A stretch of DNA of 64,000 nt, taken from contig CBFDEM010000047.1 in the NCBI GenBank assembly GCA_965603825.1, forward strand, positions 783,310-847,309, in the 5' to 3' direction. Source of the DNA: Blepharisma stoltei ATCC 30299 (Eukaryota > Protista > Ciliophora). The position numbers and the translations under genes are program-made. Shown one piece after another: positions 61,797-64,000 of this stretch (the first letter of the stretch is position 1; the number at the start of each line of letters is the position of its first letter). The notes under the pieces are model-generated. The model did no database searches, was not told the DNA's origin, and worked only from the letters and a program-made list of their open reading frames with translations.

Positions 61797-64000
61797 TGTT
61801 AGGGGTGTTAGGGGTGTTAGGGTGTTAGGGTGTTAGGGTGTTAGGGTGTTAGGGTGTTAGGGTGTTAGGGTGTTAGGGTGTTAGGGTGTTAGGGTGTTAG
61901 GGTGTTAGGGTGTTAGGGTGTTAGGGTGTTAGGGTGTTAGGGTGTTAGGGTGTTTAGGGTGTTAGGGTGTTAGGGTGTTAGGGTGTTAGGGTGTTAGGGT
62001 GTTAGGGTGTTAGGGTTGTTTAGGGTGTTAGGGTGTTAGGGGTGTTAGGGTGTTAGGGTGTTAGGGTGTTAGGGTGTTAGGGTGTTAGGGGTGTTAGGGT
62101 GTAGGTGTTAGGGTGTTAGGGTGTTAGGGTGTTAGGGTGTTAGGGTGTTAGGGTGTTATAGGGTGTTAGGGTGTTAGGGTGTTAGGGTGTTAGGGTGTTA
62201 GGGTGTTTAGGGTGTTAGGGTGTTAGTTAGGGTGTTAGGGTGTTTAGGGTGTTAGGGTGTTAGGGTGTTAGGGTGTTAGGGTGTTAGGGTGTTAGGGTGT
62301 TAGGGTGTTAGGGTGTTAGGGTGTTAGGGTGTTAGGGTGTTAGGGTGTTAGGGTGTTAGGGTGTTAGGGTGTTAGGGTGTTTAGGGTGTTAGGGTGTTAG
62401 GGTGTTAGGGTGTTTAGGGTGTTAGGGTGTTAGGGTGTTAGGGGTTAGGGTGTTAGGGTGTTAGGGTGTTAGGGTGTTAGGGTGTTAGGGTGTTAGGGTG
62501 TTTAGGGTGTTAGGGTGTTAGGGTGTTAGGTGTAGGGTGTTAGGGTGTTAGGGTGTTAGGGTGTTAGGGTGTTAGGGGTGTTAGGGTGTTAGGGTGTTAG
62601 GGTGTTAGGGTGTTAGGGTGTTAGGGTGTTAGGGTGTTAGGGTTGTTTAGGGTGTTAGGGTGTTAGGGTGTTAGGGTGTTAGGGTGTTAGGGTGTTAGGG
62701 TGTTAGGGTGTTAGGGTGTTAGGGTGTTAGGGTGTTTAGGGTGTTAGGGTGTTAGGGTGTTAGGGTGTTAGGGTGTTAGGGTGTTAGGGTGTTAGGGTGT
62801 TAGGGTGTTAGGGTGTTAGGGTGTTAGGGTGTTAGGGTGTTAGGGTGTTAGGGTGTTAGGGTGTTAGGGTGTTAGGGTGTTAGGGGTTAGGGTGTTAGGG
62901 TGTTAGGGTGTTAGGGTGTTAGGGTGTTAGGGTGTTAGGGTGTTAGGGTGTTAGGGTGTTAGGGTGTTAGGGTGTTAGGGTGTTTAGGGTGTTAGGGTGT
63001 TAGGGTGTTAGGGTGTTAGGGTGTTAGGGTGTTAGGGTGTTAGGGTGTTAGGGTGTTAGGGTGTTAGGTGTTAGGTTAGGGTGTTAGGGTGTTAGGGTGT
63101 TAGGGTGTTGGGTGTAGGGTGTTAGGGTGTTAGGGTGTTAGGGTGTTAGGGTGTTAGGGTGTTAGGGTGTTAGGGTGTTAGGGTGTTAGGGGTAGGTGTT
63201 AGGGTGTTAGGGTGTTAGGGTGTTAGGGTGTTAGGGTGTTAGGGGTGTTAGGGTGTTAGGGTGTTAGGGTGTTAGGGTGTTAGGGTGTTAGGGTGTTAGG
63301 GTGTTAGGGTGTTAGGGTGTTAGGGTGTTAGGGTGTTAGGGTGTTAGGGTGTTAGGGTGTTAGGGTGTTAGGGTGTTAGGGTGTTAGGGTGTTTAGGGTG
63401 TTAGGGTGTTAGGGTGTTAGGGTGTAGGGTGTTAGGGTGTTAGGGTGTTGGGTGTTAGGGTGTTAGGGTGTTAGGGTGTTAGGTGTGGTGTTAGGGTGTT
63501 GGGTGTTAGGGTTGGGTGTTAGGGTGTTAGGGTGTTGTTAGGGTGTTAGGGTGTTGGGTGTTAGGGTGTTGGGTGTTAGGGTGTTAGGGTGTTAGGGTGT
63601 TAGGGGTTGGGTGTTAGGGTGTTAGGGGTGTTAGGGTGTTAGGGTGTTAGGGTGTTGGTTAGGGTGTTAGGGTGTTAGGGTGTTAGGGTGTTAGGGTGTT
63701 AGGGTGTAGGGTGTTAGGGTGTTAGGGTGTTAGGGTGTTAGGGTGTTAGGGTGTTAGGGTGTTAGGGTGTTAGGGTGTTTGGGTGTTGGTTGGGTGTTAG
63801 GGTGTTAGGGTGTTAGGGTGTTAGGGTGTTGGGTGTTAGGGTGTTAGGGTGTTAGGGTGTTAGGGTGTTAGGGTGTTAGGGTGTTAGGGTGTTAGGGTGT
63901 TAGGGGTTGTTTGGGTGTTAGGGTGTTAGGGTGTTAGGGGTGTTAGGGTGTTAGGGTGTTAGGGTGTTAGGGTGTTAGGGTGTTAGGGTGTTAGGGTGTT
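61797..64000 (+). repeat. Telomere, (GGGTGTTA)n / (CCCTAACA)n
   Basis: About 2.2 kb of an 8-bp G-rich repeat running to the window end; heterotrich ciliate-type telomere unit. Confidence 0.98.

Noticed and set aside
61797-64000. Terminal repeat as a CRISPR array, or its variants as meaningful
   Set aside because: It is a spacer-less 8-bp telomeric repeat, and the variants look like long-read indel errors.

Overview
This is eukaryotic, AT-rich, gene-dense DNA from the end of a ciliate chromosome. Three features point to a heterotrich macronuclear chromosome end, most likely Blepharisma (inferred from code plus telomere): (GGGTGTTA)n telomeric repeats from 61797 to the window end, systematic in-frame TGA read as Trp with TAA/TAG as stops, and almost intronless genes with tiny spacers. 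The supplied ORF track uses the standard code and fragments most genes, so I re-joined them with TGA=Trp. 1-23.5 kb holds ordinary compact genes: ODA docking-complex-like coiled-coil, RPB6, ankyrin-SAM, K+ channel, ATP synthase beta, HMG-CoA lyase, PDI, COPI-associated protein, GDT1, DnaJ, GBP-PX, LITAF, hybrid histidine kinase, CTD phosphatase and CK2 beta. 23.6-59.8 kb is a rearranged subtelomeric zone. It contains an expanded family of ~1130-aa Venus-flytrap + ~9-TM receptor-like proteins (4 intact, 1 disrupted, 1 fragment) interleaved with atypical Rab-like GTPases that lack both the catalytic Gln and C-terminal cysteines (3 intact, 2 pseudogenes). It also holds a ~6.5-kb tandem duplication, a ~1.35-kb inverted duplication, several direct-repeat-bounded IES-like indels, a transhydrogenase pseudogene and a USP. 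The last gene is an FG-rich RING/B-box gene with an in-frame TAG, ending ~220 bp before the telomere.
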